This document shows positions 20,360 to 32,173 of a DNA stretch of 64,000 bases, piece by piece. The notes beneath the pieces are model-generated. The model did not search any database and had not been told where the DNA came from. It was given only the letters and a program-made list of their open reading frames with translations. Both the position numbers and the translations under genes were made by a program. Source of the stretch: Candidatus Nomurabacteria bacterium (GTDB lineage Bacteria > Patescibacteriota > Minisyncoccia > Phycocordibacterales > UBA5272); NCBI GenBank assembly GCA_040376695.1, contig JBEIQD010000001.1, forward strand, positions 217,029 to 281,028, written 5' to 3'. The stretch's first letter is position 1. Each line of letters begins with the position of its first letter.

Positions 20360-20391
20360 AAAAGACTTCAAGATAATCTTGAAGTCTTTTT
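20360..20391. terminator. Bidirectional intrinsic terminator between convergent genes
   Basis: Perfect hairpin aaaagacttcaagataatcttgaagtcttttt. Confidence 0.6.
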
Positions 20392-20394
20392 CTT

Positions 20395-21786
20395 TTACCG
20401 AATCACTTTCAGTTCTCTAAACACTGATTCGTAGAGGTTAAATGCTCGCTTAGCTTCACGTTCAGTTAACTGGAAATCTGATCCTTCATGAGCAATTCTA
20501 TTTCGTATCCCATGAGCGTCCCACGCTAATTGTACTGTTTTGAAGTTTGATACCTTGAGCATATCCGCCACAGTCTCCCCTGCATATCCTTTGTCTCGCA
20601 ACACATGAGCGAGCATATTATCTGCTTCAAGGATTCCTATTCTCCATAACGCTTCACTAGTGCTACTCATATACCCTTGTACGATTGCGAATCGAGGATG
20701 ATCTTCAAAATCATTAACGGTAGGTGGGGCAGCTGGTGCTTCTTCGTGAATTGGAAGACCAGGAATTCCTGCCACAAGCACATCATCAAGGTGAGTATCC
20801 TTAATAACATGAGCTTCTTCATGTCCATGATGATCTCCATGACTAAAGTGATGCTCGTAATGATGTAAGCCTTCAAGGAAGGTTAGGAACCATCTAAACA
20901 CCACATACACAAATACCAGGACCATCGCCACAGCTAAAATAGAAAGGAGGTCTGTGAAAAGTGAAAGCACTGGATTCTGTACCGAAAAATGAAGACCGCT
21001 TGTCGCACCATTAATATCAAAAGATGGAATCTGCGTAGTATTAGTTGCATCAAGTGGATACGTATCCATGTTATCCAGAATGCCGTCACCGTCAGTGTCT
21101 GTTTTGTAAATATCAGACCCTATAAAACCTTCTACTTTATCGCTCACTCCATCACCATCTGTATCAAGAGTACGAGCGGAAATGGTTCCATCAAGGGGTG
21201 CTTCATCACGACCGTCTAACACAAGATCTCCATCGCTATCACTATTAAGAGGGTCAGTTCCTTGATTAAGCTCTTGCCCATCAAACACACCATCCCTGTC
21301 TGAATCTCCGCTATTTTTATCCATACCGTGAGCAAGTTCATAGCTATTAGGTACTCCGTCCTTATCAGAATCTTTTGGACCTATTCCAAACAAATCGCGC
21401 ACATGATCAGTAAACGTATAATCAGCCTGGAAACGTTCCTTTAACTGTGCATCAGTAAGATTACTCGCATCATACGGACTACTGTCAGTAACGTCTGGTT
21501 GTCCATCTTTATCTGAATCAGGAAGGTTAATACCAAAAGATTCAAGCATTCTTTGCCACAAAGATACATGAATATCCGCCTGCGGAACTACAGCGTCTTT
21601 CTGTGCAAGATAGTCCGTAAACCATCCACGATCACGCAACCCATCAAATTCTCGATAGGTGTGTTCAACTAAATATTCATCTGGGTTTTTCCTTAAGAGG
21701 ACGAAGAGCCACACGTACTTAATCCAAAGAAGTACATCATATATACGATTGAAAAGGTAGTCGATAGAAATCGATTGCATGGACAA
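20395..21786 (-). CDS. Membrane protein with thrombospondin-type-3-like Ca-binding repeats, a His-rich segment and a C-terminal HEPN-like (Rx4H, DUF4145-like) domain
   Basis: Six or more DxDxDG-type repeats (DSDKDGQPD, DSDKDGVPN, DSDRDGVFD, DTDGDGVSD, DTDGDGILD). An N-terminal hydrophobic anchor and an internal TM (LLSILAVAMVLVFVYVVF). HHYEHHFSHGDHHGHEEAH stretch. C-terminal LAWDAHGIRNRIAHEG motif. Confidence 0.6.
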   Translation of the reverse strand: MSMQSISIDYLFNRIYDVLLWIKYVWLFVLLRKNPDEYLVEHTYREFDGLRDRGWFTDYLAQKDAVVPQADIHVSLWQRMLESFGINLPDSDKDGQPDVTDSSPYDASNLTDAQLKERFQADYTFTDHVRDLFGIGPKDSDKDGVPNSYELAHGMDKNSGDSDRDGVFDGQELNQGTDPLNSDSDGDLVLDGRDEAPLDGTISARTLDTDGDGVSDKVEGFIGSDIYKTDTDGDGILDNMDTYPLDATNTTQIPSFDINGATSGLHFSVQNPVLSLFTDLLSILAVAMVLVFVYVVFRWFLTFLEGLHHYEHHFSHGDHHGHEEAHVIKDTHLDDVLVAGIPGLPIHEEAPAAPPTVNDFEDHPRFAIVQGYMSSTSEALWRIGILEADNMLAHVLRDKGYAGETVADMLKVSNFKTVQLAWDAHGIRNRIAHEGSDFQLTEREAKRAFNLYESVFRELKVIR

Positions 21787-21865
21787 TAAGTGGTGCTAAT
21801 TACTACTGTATAATACCACGAAACAGATAGGTCTTTTGTGTATGAAGGTAAAAACTATTCAAAAC

Positions 21866-23302
21866 TTATGCTTGAGAAATCTTTTCAAAGTCCCTTCCAA
21901 TACTGAAAAGTGTAGACTCTCCAAAATGTGGAGCAATGAGCTGAAGAGAAAGAGGTAACTCAACACCGTCTTTTGCTTTCGTAGTTCCAGAAGGAAGCGA
22001 GATGGCGGGCACTCCAACAATATTAATTGGAACAGTAAATATATCCGCTAAATACATAGCAAGCGGATCGTGAGATTTTTCCCCTATCTTGAAAGCAGGT
22101 ATTGGGGAGGTTGGCATAGCGATTGCATCAACATCTTTAAACACAGCGGCAAACTCTTCGCGTAACATTGCGCGCACGATATTTGCTTTATTATAGTACG
22201 CATCATAATATCCCGATGAAAGCACGTACGTTCCGAGCAAAATTCTACGACGCACCTCGTCTCCTAATCCATCTGTTCGTGTTTTAAAGTACGCACCAAG
22301 CATAGAGTTTGAAGCGTTCTCATCTTTAAGTGAGAGCCCGTAGCGAATACCGTCATATCGAGACATGTTTGATGAAATTTCCGCAAACACCACAACATAG
22401 TACACAGAAAGAGCTTTTTCCAAATGCTCAAGTTGTATATCTACAATCTCGTACCCATTACTTTTCAATTTTTCTAGAGATGCGTTGAAATTTTCAAGAA
22501 CTTCAGGATCAATTCCTTCACGTTCGACGAATGATCGAGGTACACCAATTTTTTTCCTCTGGTTTGCTGCAACAGTAGGAATATCTTTCACTGATGTCGC
22601 ATCCAAGTCGTCCGCTCCTTTAATAATATTAAATACCGCTTCAACGTCATCGACACATGTAGCAAATGGTCCAATCTGATCAAGCGATGAGCCCATAGCC
22701 ATTAATCCATATCGAGAGACCGCTCCGTATGTTGGCTTAAGTCCTACAATTCCACAAAATGATGCTGGCTGACGGATTGAACCTCCAGTATCAGATCCAA
22801 GCGACACAGAAACTCCACCATATGCAACAACCGCAGCTGATCCACCTGATGATCCACCTGCAACGCGTGTGATGTCAGCCGGATTTTTTGTTACTCCAAA
22901 TGCAGAATTTTCAGTTGACCCTCCCATGGCAAACTCATCCATGTTAGCTCTTCCAAGTAAAATAGCTCCCGCTTCTTTTAATTTCTTTACAACAGTAGCA
23001 TCATACACCGCAGCGTAATCGGCAAGAATCTTTGAAGCAGCGGTAGCACGCTCCCCTTTAACAACAATATTGTCTTTAAGAACAATCGGAACACCTGTGA
23101 GCGCTGTCGCTGTGCCGTCCTTCAACATGTTCTCAGCGCGTGCAATTTGGCTTTCGATAAGATCATTTGAGTACATACCCAAAATAGCGTGAATGCTTTC
23201 GTCTTTTTCACTTATTGTTTTGTGCGCATCCTCAACAAGACTGGTAACAGTAATAGTTCCATTCTTCAACTCTTCTTGAATTTGCTGTAATGTTTTTTGC
23301 AT
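21866..23302 (-). CDS. gatA: Glutamyl-tRNA(Gln)/aspartyl-tRNA(Asn) amidotransferase subunit A
   Basis: Amidase-signature GGSSGGSAAVVA and the catalytic Ser-cisSer-Lys context. Confidence 0.95.
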   Translation of the reverse strand: MQKTLQQIQEELKNGTITVTSLVEDAHKTISEKDESIHAILGMYSNDLIESQIARAENMLKDGTATALTGVPIVLKDNIVVKGERATAASKILADYAAVYDATVVKKLKEAGAILLGRANMDEFAMGGSTENSAFGVTKNPADITRVAGGSSGGSAAVVAYGGVSVSLGSDTGGSIRQPASFCGIVGLKPTYGAVSRYGLMAMGSSLDQIGPFATCVDDVEAVFNIIKGADDLDATSVKDIPTVAANQRKKIGVPRSFVEREGIDPEVLENFNASLEKLKSNGYEIVDIQLEHLEKALSVYYVVVFAEISSNMSRYDGIRYGLSLKDENASNSMLGAYFKTRTDGLGDEVRRRILLGTYVLSSGYYDAYYNKANIVRAMLREEFAAVFKDVDAIAMPTSPIPAFKIGEKSHDPLAMYLADIFTVPINIVGVPAISLPSGTTKAKDGVELPLSLQLIAPHFGESTLFSIGRDFEKISQA

Positions 23303-23311
23303 ACCAGATTT

Positions 23312-23596
23312 CTACTTAAGCACTTGTTCAACCTTTACATACCCATCTTCACTCTCTGGCGACTCTTGCATAATAGCTTCTGTATTTGAACCAGGGAGAT
23401 GGGTAATAACATCCTCACGCAAAATATTATAATGTGTCTCTTTTGCTGGTGAAGTTGTTCCTCCAACTTCATTTATCTCGGATACATAGCCCAAAATAGC
23501 CTGCATATCATGGAGCATTTTCTCTTTTTCTTCTTCCTTGATTGAAATCCTCGCGAGCTGCGAAAGATTGTCTAATTCCTCTAAAGTAAATGACAT
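23312..23596 (-). CDS. gatC: Amidotransferase subunit C
   Basis: 94-aa protein immediately upstream of gatA with a GatC-like N-terminus (LEELDNLSQLARISIKEEEKEK). Confidence 0.8.
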   Translation of the reverse strand: MSFTLEELDNLSQLARISIKEEEKEKMLHDMQAILGYVSEINEVGGTTSPAKETHYNILREDVITHLPGSNTEAIMQESPESEDGYVKVEQVLK

Positions 23597-23603
23597 AGTG
23601 CGA

Positions 23604-25610
<2,007 letters not shown>

Positions 25611-25664
25611 CTAACATAAAACACTTGTAAAATATAGCTTATTTATACTAACCTCAATAGCCTA

Positions 25665-26294
25665 CTACTGTATCGCACTCTCAGAGGTACTAACAATCGC
25701 TCGTTCAATTGGATACGCGTACACAGAACCACATGAAGCAAACCCACGAGAAATAATCTGTCTGTAGGTAGGTGTTTTATTAACAAGTACAGTAGCGCAT
25801 CGATACTCCCCTCCACCTAAATCCATACGCATATTAAAGGTAGAAGTTTGCCCAGTGTCAGTATTCCCCGCAGAATCAATACGTGAAAAAGGGGTAATAG
25901 CATAGTTACTAACCGAACTATCGAAAATACTCGATGCAGCGCACTTTATGTCATTTAAGGAAAGAGAACTTAAACCACCCGCTACACGCTGTACGTTTAT
26001 TTTATCCAGCACCATTTGACTTGTTACTAGATTATTATATTGAAAGATACCAAGACCTGTTTCTTGATCGTAATACTGATCATCTATTGCCGTAGCACAC
26101 ATGAGTCCATTATCAGCAGCGTAGTAAGCAATTTGACTCAAGCGAGAGAGTCTAGAAAAATATAGCTCCTTACTAAGAATAATAGAGATGCTCGTAGCAA
26201 TAGTTAGAATAATAACGCACACAATAAGAGTCAGTGGGAGGACAAACCCCTTAGCACGTGTATCTATTATTTTCTTAAGAGTAAATAGTTTCAT
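25665..26294 (-). CDS. PilX-like pilus-assembly/minor pilin protein
   Basis: Hydrophobic N-terminal segment (KGFVLPLTLIVCVIILTIA) without the classic cleavage motif; last gene of the pilin sub-cluster. Confidence 0.45.
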   Translation of the reverse strand: MKLFTLKKIIDTRAKGFVLPLTLIVCVIILTIATSISIILSKELYFSRLSRLSQIAYYAADNGLMCATAIDDQYYDQETGLGIFQYNNLVTSQMVLDKINVQRVAGGLSSLSLNDIKCAASSIFDSSVSNYAITPFSRIDSAGNTDTGQTSTFNMRMDLGGGEYRCATVLVNKTPTYRQIISRGFASCGSVYAYPIERAIVSTSESAIQ

Positions 26295-26299
26295 GTTCG

Positions 26300-26950
26300 T
26301 TATGCTCGTGCGTGGAGAAAATCTACAATCTTAACCTGATGTAGATATCCGTTCTGACGCTTAAAGGTTATTGTAACCGTAACACGAAGATCGTCATTAT
26401 AATTTTGGTCTGGACCGGTAAATGTTGGTATTGAAGTAATAGACACAGCTCGACTAAAATTAGTTAATGTGTACCCTGGCCCGCTCCCGTGGGCTCCTGT
26501 ACAAACATAAATACTAGTTGCGTCTTCTAGAGAGAGGGTATTGCAACCTGCTTGATTACTTACATACTTCGTTGGATCAAAATCTTCATTAGCTGTCATA
26601 TCAATGAAATCATATGCACATCCCGTAGGGTTATCTACCTCGTAACATGACGCACCTTGAGCATTAGAAGCTAATCGTGCACGAAACACTCGCCAAGCCG
26701 CTTGAGCTGAAGTTTCTGCATTAATAGGTGTACATGCAGCTGTGGTGGATTGAATGCAGCGTATATACACAGAGTCTTGCTGGTGACGTAAAAGTTCTAT
26801 TGCCTCCTGTGCGAGATATGTTGCAATAAGAGTGTCCTTTGTAAGTCGTGCATACGTTGAAGCGTTCGATGCAACAGTAAGCGGACCAAGAATTACCATC
26901 GTAATGATCATTGTAGACACAAGTGTTTCAACAAGTGTAAAGCCGCGCAT
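26300..26950 (-). CDS. Type IV minor pilin (prepilin-type N-terminal cleavage/methylation domain)
   Basis: MRGFTLVETLVSTMIITMVIL: G/FTLVE class III signal. Confidence 0.75.
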   Translation of the reverse strand: MRGFTLVETLVSTMIITMVILGPLTVASNASTYARLTKDTLIATYLAQEAIELLRHQQDSVYIRCIQSTTAACTPINAETSAQAAWRVFRARLASNAQGASCYEVDNPTGCAYDFIDMTANEDFDPTKYVSNQAGCNTLSLEDATSIYVCTGAHGSGPGYTLTNFSRAVSITSIPTFTGPDQNYNDDLRVTVTITFKRQNGYLHQVKIVDFLHARA

Positions 26951-26995
26951 AGATCGTGCTTGTTTTTTGAAAAGGAAATTGAAAAATATCATAGG

Positions 26996-27634
26996 TTAAT
27001 TGTCTAGAGCACGAGATGATCCACTTGTTTGAACACTAAAGGTTACAGCGGGGATCGTCTTCTTTCTTGGAATTGTCACCCCTGATATAACCATAGTAAT
27101 AAGTGGCTGATTATTGTCAGAAGCGCCAGCATAGTCAGCTGTTCCGGTTGTACTATGTAATCCATCACCATAAAAAGAAAGTGTTGTTATATTCACATCA
27201 CTTGAGGTGATCTGAAATGTTCTCACTGTCCCACCATATGGATACTCATTTTTATATAAAATCCCATTTGAAAGATAATATGCCACGCGGTCGAGGTTAA
27301 GGTTTGTTGTACCGTTCAAAGCAACGGTTGGCCTAAAGATAAGCACAGTACCCCCACTTGGGTAGTCACATCCTTTTCTAAGAGTTGTCATAGGAGTTGG
27401 GATGGCAGTGTCACAATAAAAACGTGAACCATACCGTATGTCACGTATGATCACTTCTGTTGCCAAGTTTACTCCATCAAGAATAGATTGTGTTTGTTCT
27501 AGTCGAGTGTTTACGACCTGTGCTGAAAAAAGTGCCCCTGTGGCAATGGTCATAACACTAATAAAAATTGCCATCGTAACAAGTAGTTCGATAAGAGTAA
27601 ACCCGCGAAGTGAAGATTTGTTTCTGTGTATCAT
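26996..27634 (-). CDS. Type IV minor pilin (GspH/PilV-like)
   Basis: LRGFTLIELLVTMAIFISVM prepilin signal. Confidence 0.75.
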   Translation of the reverse strand: MIHRNKSSLRGFTLIELLVTMAIFISVMTIATGALFSAQVVNTRLEQTQSILDGVNLATEVIIRDIRYGSRFYCDTAIPTPMTTLRKGCDYPSGGTVLIFRPTVALNGTTNLNLDRVAYYLSNGILYKNEYPYGGTVRTFQITSSDVNITTLSFYGDGLHSTTGTADYAGASDNNQPLITMVISGVTIPRKKTIPAVTFSVQTSGSSRALDN

Positions 27635-28302
27635 GGTGTAAGGTTGTCGCATCTACCGATATCATTTCTAATCATACCTGAACTAAATATTTGAACATTT
27701 CTAATATGCCCTAATAGAGGAGCTCGTGGAGAAAAGAGTTCAATACACGCCGCTCCATAACTGGTCGTAGTTGCATTGTTAATATAAATTGAAGGTACTG
27801 GGTTTGGTCGAGTGAAAGACACCGTAAGAGATTCAACGGCTGGAACATTTGATTCATTGCAAGTAAAAGGAAAACCTGTTCCAACACAGAGCCTATTAAC
27901 AAAATACCTATCAGGAAGTTTTGTTGTTGTCTTTGTTTCATTGAAAGGAACACCGTCCTCAAAAAGACTATTTCCTATTGCAATACCATATGGCTTCGGA
28001 ATACTAGCATCTACTGTGTCACCAAAAAGAACAAGTTGAGTCGATGAGGCTAAAGATATATACACACCATACCCACCGAGAGAACTATTGATTGAATCAA
28101 TTGCGCTCCCTCGAACTTGAGCTTCACGAATGAGGAGTGAAGTTGTGTGGGAAACATTAGCAAGTGTTAATCGTACCGCTGTTTCTGGGTATTTACTCAA
28201 AAGAACCGCCGTGAGAGTAACAATAACTGCCATACTGATACTTAATTCAACAAGAGTAAAGCCGCGCAAAGGAAAAAATACTTTGGAGGATTTCATATTC
28301 AT
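27631..28302 (-). CDS. Type IV minor pilin
   Basis: PLRGFTLVELSISMAVIVTL prepilin signal. Confidence 0.75.
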   Translation of the reverse strand: MNMKSSKVFFPLRGFTLVELSISMAVIVTLTAVLLSKYPETAVRLTLANVSHTTSLLIREAQVRGSAIDSINSSLGGYGVYISLASSTQLVLFGDTVDASIPKPYGIAIGNSLFEDGVPFNETKTTTKLPDRYFVNRLCVGTGFPFTCNESNVPAVESLTVSFTRPNPVPSIYINNATTTSYGAACIELFSPRAPLLGHIRNVQIFSSGMIRNDIGRCDNLTP

Positions 28303-28311
28303 ATAGTACCA

Positions 28312-29085
28312 CTAAGCAAAGAGTGAAGCGATGGAAAAAATGCCTATATCTGTGAACAAAACAATAAGAAACGCAGCCACAATAAATGGCACAAAAGGAA
28401 TTGCTGTATTCGTATTATGTTTCTTCCTTCTTTGGAGGTAAACGATAATACCGACCACAGCCCCTAACCATACAGAAATGAGAAGCACCGCGAGACCTTG
28501 TTCAATTCCAAAAAAAGCGCCGACGGCTAAGTATAAAAGAACATCTCCAAAACCAAGAGCTCGGCCCTTTGTAACTAACCAGATAATAAGAAATGGGAGT
28601 GCTACTACAAGTGGACCTAATAAGACTTCCACCCCTCCATAATGAACATATCTAATACCCAACATTACAATAGAAAGAAATGAGAAGAGCCCGAGAAAAA
28701 CAACAGGTACATATGAATGCTTATAATCATATAACGCTATCACTCCCAAAGAAATAAGGATGAGGGTGTAGTAGAAAAGCCACCACATAGCAACAACAGG
28801 TGCTGAACCAGCCAACATAAAATGATAGACCATCATAAACACCACCCCAAAGCCGATTTCAATGATAAGTGTCTCTATTCCGTACGGGACTTTACAGTAC
28901 TTACACTTTCCTTTAAGGAAGAGATAGGAAAGTACTGGTACCAAATCTGAAATGCGAAGTGCCTCTCCGCAGGAGAGGCACTTGCTACGTGACTGTATGA
29001 TTGGGGCAACGTTAAGACGAGTAGCTACAACTTGAACAAAACTCCCTATCGCAGCACCGTATAAGAATGATAGAAAATAGAACAC
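28312..29085 (-). CDS. pilD: Prepilin peptidase (A24 family)
   Basis: Polytopic membrane protein with CxxC...CxxC (CLSCGE...CKYCK) between TM1 and TM2 and conserved Asp residues. Confidence 0.85.
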   Translation of the reverse strand: MFYFLSFLYGAAIGSFVQVVATRLNVAPIIQSRSKCLSCGEALRISDLVPVLSYLFLKGKCKYCKVPYGIETLIIEIGFGVVFMMVYHFMLAGSAPVVAMWWLFYYTLILISLGVIALYDYKHSYVPVVFLGLFSFLSIVMLGIRYVHYGGVEVLLGPLVVALPFLIIWLVTKGRALGFGDVLLYLAVGAFFGIEQGLAVLLISVWLGAVVGIIVYLQRRKKHNTNTAIPFVPFIVAAFLIVLFTDIGIFSIASLFA

Positions 29086-29094
29086 TACAAGAAA

Positions 29095-29742
29095 CTAGTT
29101 AGTAAGGTCGTAGATACAGTTCGTGAGTGCACCAGTACATGTTGTTAAACCAGTGTCTGCAGGACCATTACCGAAGTCAGCAGAAGCTGATCCAGCTGGG
29201 TTTCCAGCATCGCCTGAACCAAAGTTACTTCGTACAACGGTACAAGCACTTGATGATGTACATACAGGAACCGCTGCACCTGACGTCGCATCTCCCATAC
29301 ATGGACGAGGACTACTTCCTGAAGCGGTTTGAACACCTCCACAGTCAGCGTCATCGTTTAATCCCTGGTTTCCAGCCTCAAGCTTTACACCAATATGGTA
29401 TCCCATGTAATTAGCTGTTCCTGAATCGAGGAAAGCTGCGTACATGTATTTATCACGCCCAATAGTAGAAGTTGCTGCGTTTGAAGGCATGTTTGGAATA
29501 TAACGAGGAACTAGGTCTTCGATGGCGCCAGGATATGTTCCTCCGTGGTCGTCAGCGTAAATACCAATTGCTGTCACAATTGAACGAAGGTCTGCAATCT
29601 TTTTTGCATCTCGTCCCTTCTTACGAGCTTCAGTAATTGGAGCTGCGATAACAGTTGATAGGAGACCAATGATTGCGATAACAACGAGAAGTTCAATCAA
29701 CGTGAATCCTCTTAGACCCTTTTTTGTAAGTGTTTGTAGCAT
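29095..29742 (-). CDS. pilA: Type IVa major pilin candidate
   Basis: KKGLRGFTLIELLVVIAIIGLLSTVI class III signal. The C-terminal half is G/S/A/T-rich with six Cys, and the gene is GC-richer than its neighbours. Confidence 0.8.
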   Translation of the reverse strand: MLQTLTKKGLRGFTLIELLVVIAIIGLLSTVIAAPITEARKKGRDAKKIADLRSIVTAIGIYADDHGGTYPGAIEDLVPRYIPNMPSNAATSTIGRDKYMYAAFLDSGTANYMGYHIGVKLEAGNQGLNDDADCGGVQTASGSSPRPCMGDATSGAAVPVCTSSSACTVVRSNFGSGDAGNPAGSASADFGNGPADTGLTTCTGALTNCIYDLTN

Positions 29743-29840
29743 AATTTTTTTCTATCTTTGTAGATATCTTAAGTATAGTACCCTTCGTCTAAAGCGCAAG
29801 GAATACCGGTGCAAAAGTGAAGAATAGCTGTGGATAAAAG

Positions 29841-31046
29841 CTATGAAATAGAAGCAGAAAGTGAGTACATCGGAAGAAGCACAGATGACACAAGAACTCC
29901 AACACCCAAACCAAGACCTACAATCATAGCTGGTTCAATCAATCCAATAACATTATCGATAGCTGTGTCGAGCTCTCGTTTATAGAACGTAGCAAGGTTC
30001 TTGAGGATATATCCAAGCTCTCCTGTTTCTTCACCGATACGAACCATTTGCACAAGAATATTCGGAACGAGCGGCTCTTCGTATAAAGCCTTTGAAAAGG
30101 CAACTCCAGATTGTACTTTTGCTGATACTCGTTTAAGTAAATCTTTATATACCACGTTATCAACAACAGCTGAGGTGATATCGATAGATCTCACGATAGG
30201 AACTCCACTAGAAAGCATAGTATTCATATTGTCTGCAAGTCGTGTAAGGAAAATTCTTTGATAGAGATTTTTAAACACGGGAGTTTTTGTTTTAATCTCA
30301 TCCATCTTGCGTGTCCCTTCTTCTGTTTGTATCCATCGATAAAAAAGCCAACCTCCAATAATCATTACAGGAAACACAATAATCCAGTACTTTACGAATA
30401 TCTCAGAAGTTCCAAGTACAATTTTTGTAATCATTGGTAGTTCAGCTCCCTGATCCGCAAACATCGCTGCCATTTTTGGAATAACGAACACGAACATACC
30501 AACCATAATCACAATAAATGTCCCCACCACGAACATTGGATATGTAAGTGCCTTCTTTACCTTCTGACGCAATTCATAATCACGATCGAGATAATCAGCT
30601 AAGTACAAGAATGATTCATTAAGCTTTCCACTCTCTTCTCCAGCTTTCACCATGTTCACATAAAAAGGAGAGAATAGTTCTGGACGCTTAGAGAGCGCAT
30701 CAGAAAGAGAAACACCAGATTCAATATCATCCGCCACACCAGTAAGCTGCCGCTGAAGTTCTTTGTTATCATTCTCAGCAGCAAGTAGACGAAAAGCTTT
30801 TAAAGCTGACACTCCGGCTTCAAAGAGTGTTGCAATCTGTCGAGAGAAAATAACAACATCTTTTGGTTTAATCTTTGCCTTGAAGAAAGAGAAGTTGAGG
30901 TTTACATCTTTACTTTTGTCTTTAATACTTACAACGCTCAATCCTCGCTTTTGAAGAAGCACTATTGCTGCGTCCTGTGAAGAAGCTTCTATTTCAGCTT
31001 CTGTTTTTGTTCCCTCTTGATTAATTGCTGTGTAGTGAAAAATCAT
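29841..31046 (-). CDS. pilC: Type IV pilus platform protein PilC (GspF family)
   Basis: 401 aa; two GspF repeats and three TM blocks. Confidence 0.85.
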   Translation of the reverse strand: MIFHYTAINQEGTKTEAEIEASSQDAAIVLLQKRGLSVVSIKDKSKDVNLNFSFFKAKIKPKDVVIFSRQIATLFEAGVSALKAFRLLAAENDNKELQRQLTGVADDIESGVSLSDALSKRPELFSPFYVNMVKAGEESGKLNESFLYLADYLDRDYELRQKVKKALTYPMFVVGTFIVIMVGMFVFVIPKMAAMFADQGAELPMITKIVLGTSEIFVKYWIIVFPVMIIGGWLFYRWIQTEEGTRKMDEIKTKTPVFKNLYQRIFLTRLADNMNTMLSSGVPIVRSIDITSAVVDNVVYKDLLKRVSAKVQSGVAFSKALYEEPLVPNILVQMVRIGEETGELGYILKNLATFYKRELDTAIDNVIGLIEPAMIVGLGLGVGVLVSSVLLPMYSLSASIS

Positions 31047-31048
31047 AG

Positions 31049-32137
31049 TTATAGTAGACGTTCAAATATATTTGTTCGTCGAGCAAAAGACATGGCATCA
31101 TCTTTTGTTACATCTCCGCGACGAACAAGCTCAGCAAGATTACGATCAAGGTCTATCATGCCGTCTTGTGACCCAGTCTCGATAAGTACGTCAATTTCAT
31201 GCGTTCTTCGTTCTCGAATAAGATTTGATATTGCTGGTGTATTAAGAAGAAGTTCAAATGCAGGAATAAGTCCACCAGATACGCGTGGAACAAGGCGTTG
31301 TGAAAGAATACCAATAAGCGATGAAGCAAGCTGCAAACGAATCTGATCTTGCTGATCAGCTGGGAACGTATCAATAATACGATCAACAGTTTGTGCAGCT
31401 GAGTTTGCGTGAAGTGTTGAAAGTACGAGGTGTCCTGTTTCAGCAGCAGTAACTGCAGCCGAAATAGTTTCTTTATCTCGCATCTCACCAATCATAATTA
31501 CATCAGCATCCTGACGGAACACGTGTGTAAGGGCTGTGTGGAAATCTTTTGTATCAACACCAACTTCACGTTGCTCAATAAGAGACTTATCCTGATCAAA
31601 ACGAAATTCAATGGGGTCTTCAATGGTTACAATGTGACGCTTTGCTTCACTGTTAATGAGTCCTATCATAGAAGCAAGCGTCGTTGATTTACCTTGCCCA
31701 ACAGGTCCCACCACAAGAAAGAATCCTTGGCGTTCACGAGCAATCTGAATAATCTGTTCTGGTAAATTAAGTTCAGAAATACTTTTTACTTTAGTAACAA
31801 GACGAAGGGCGATAGAAATAACTCCACGCTGAAACGAGGCGTTCCCACGAAGTCGATATTCTTTTGCATATTCATATGAAAAATCGATTTCTTGATTTAC
31901 AACAAACGAAGTAAGTGCTTTTTCACCAACCATTACACGCAAAAATCCAAGCGTATCTTCTGCGGTAAGTTCTCGTTTACGAGTAAGTGGAATCAAATCA
32001 CGATTAACACGAAGTGTAGGAAAAGAACCCACTGTCATATGCAGATCAGACCCCCCTTCTTTTACCAGCGACATAATAAGGTCTGCGAGCTCCGTTTCGT
32101 AGTTCATAGTTGAAGTATAGCAGTGTATGTAAAGCAA
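31049..32137 (-). CDS. pilT: Twitching-motility retraction ATPase PilT
   Basis: 362 aa; Walker A GPVGQGKST, Asp box, Walker B and His box of PilT-class secretion ATPases. Confidence 0.85.
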   Translation of the reverse strand: MLYIHCYTSTMNYETELADLIMSLVKEGGSDLHMTVGSFPTLRVNRDLIPLTRKRELTAEDTLGFLRVMVGEKALTSFVVNQEIDFSYEYAKEYRLRGNASFQRGVISIALRLVTKVKSISELNLPEQIIQIARERQGFFLVVGPVGQGKSTTLASMIGLINSEAKRHIVTIEDPIEFRFDQDKSLIEQREVGVDTKDFHTALTHVFRQDADVIMIGEMRDKETISAAVTAAETGHLVLSTLHANSAAQTVDRIIDTFPADQQDQIRLQLASSLIGILSQRLVPRVSGGLIPAFELLLNTPAISNLIRERRTHEIDVLIETGSQDGMIDLDRNLAELVRRGDVTKDDAMSFARRTNIFERLL

Positions 32138-32173
32138 ACAATTGTATAACTCACAGAAAGTAGATTTCTATGA

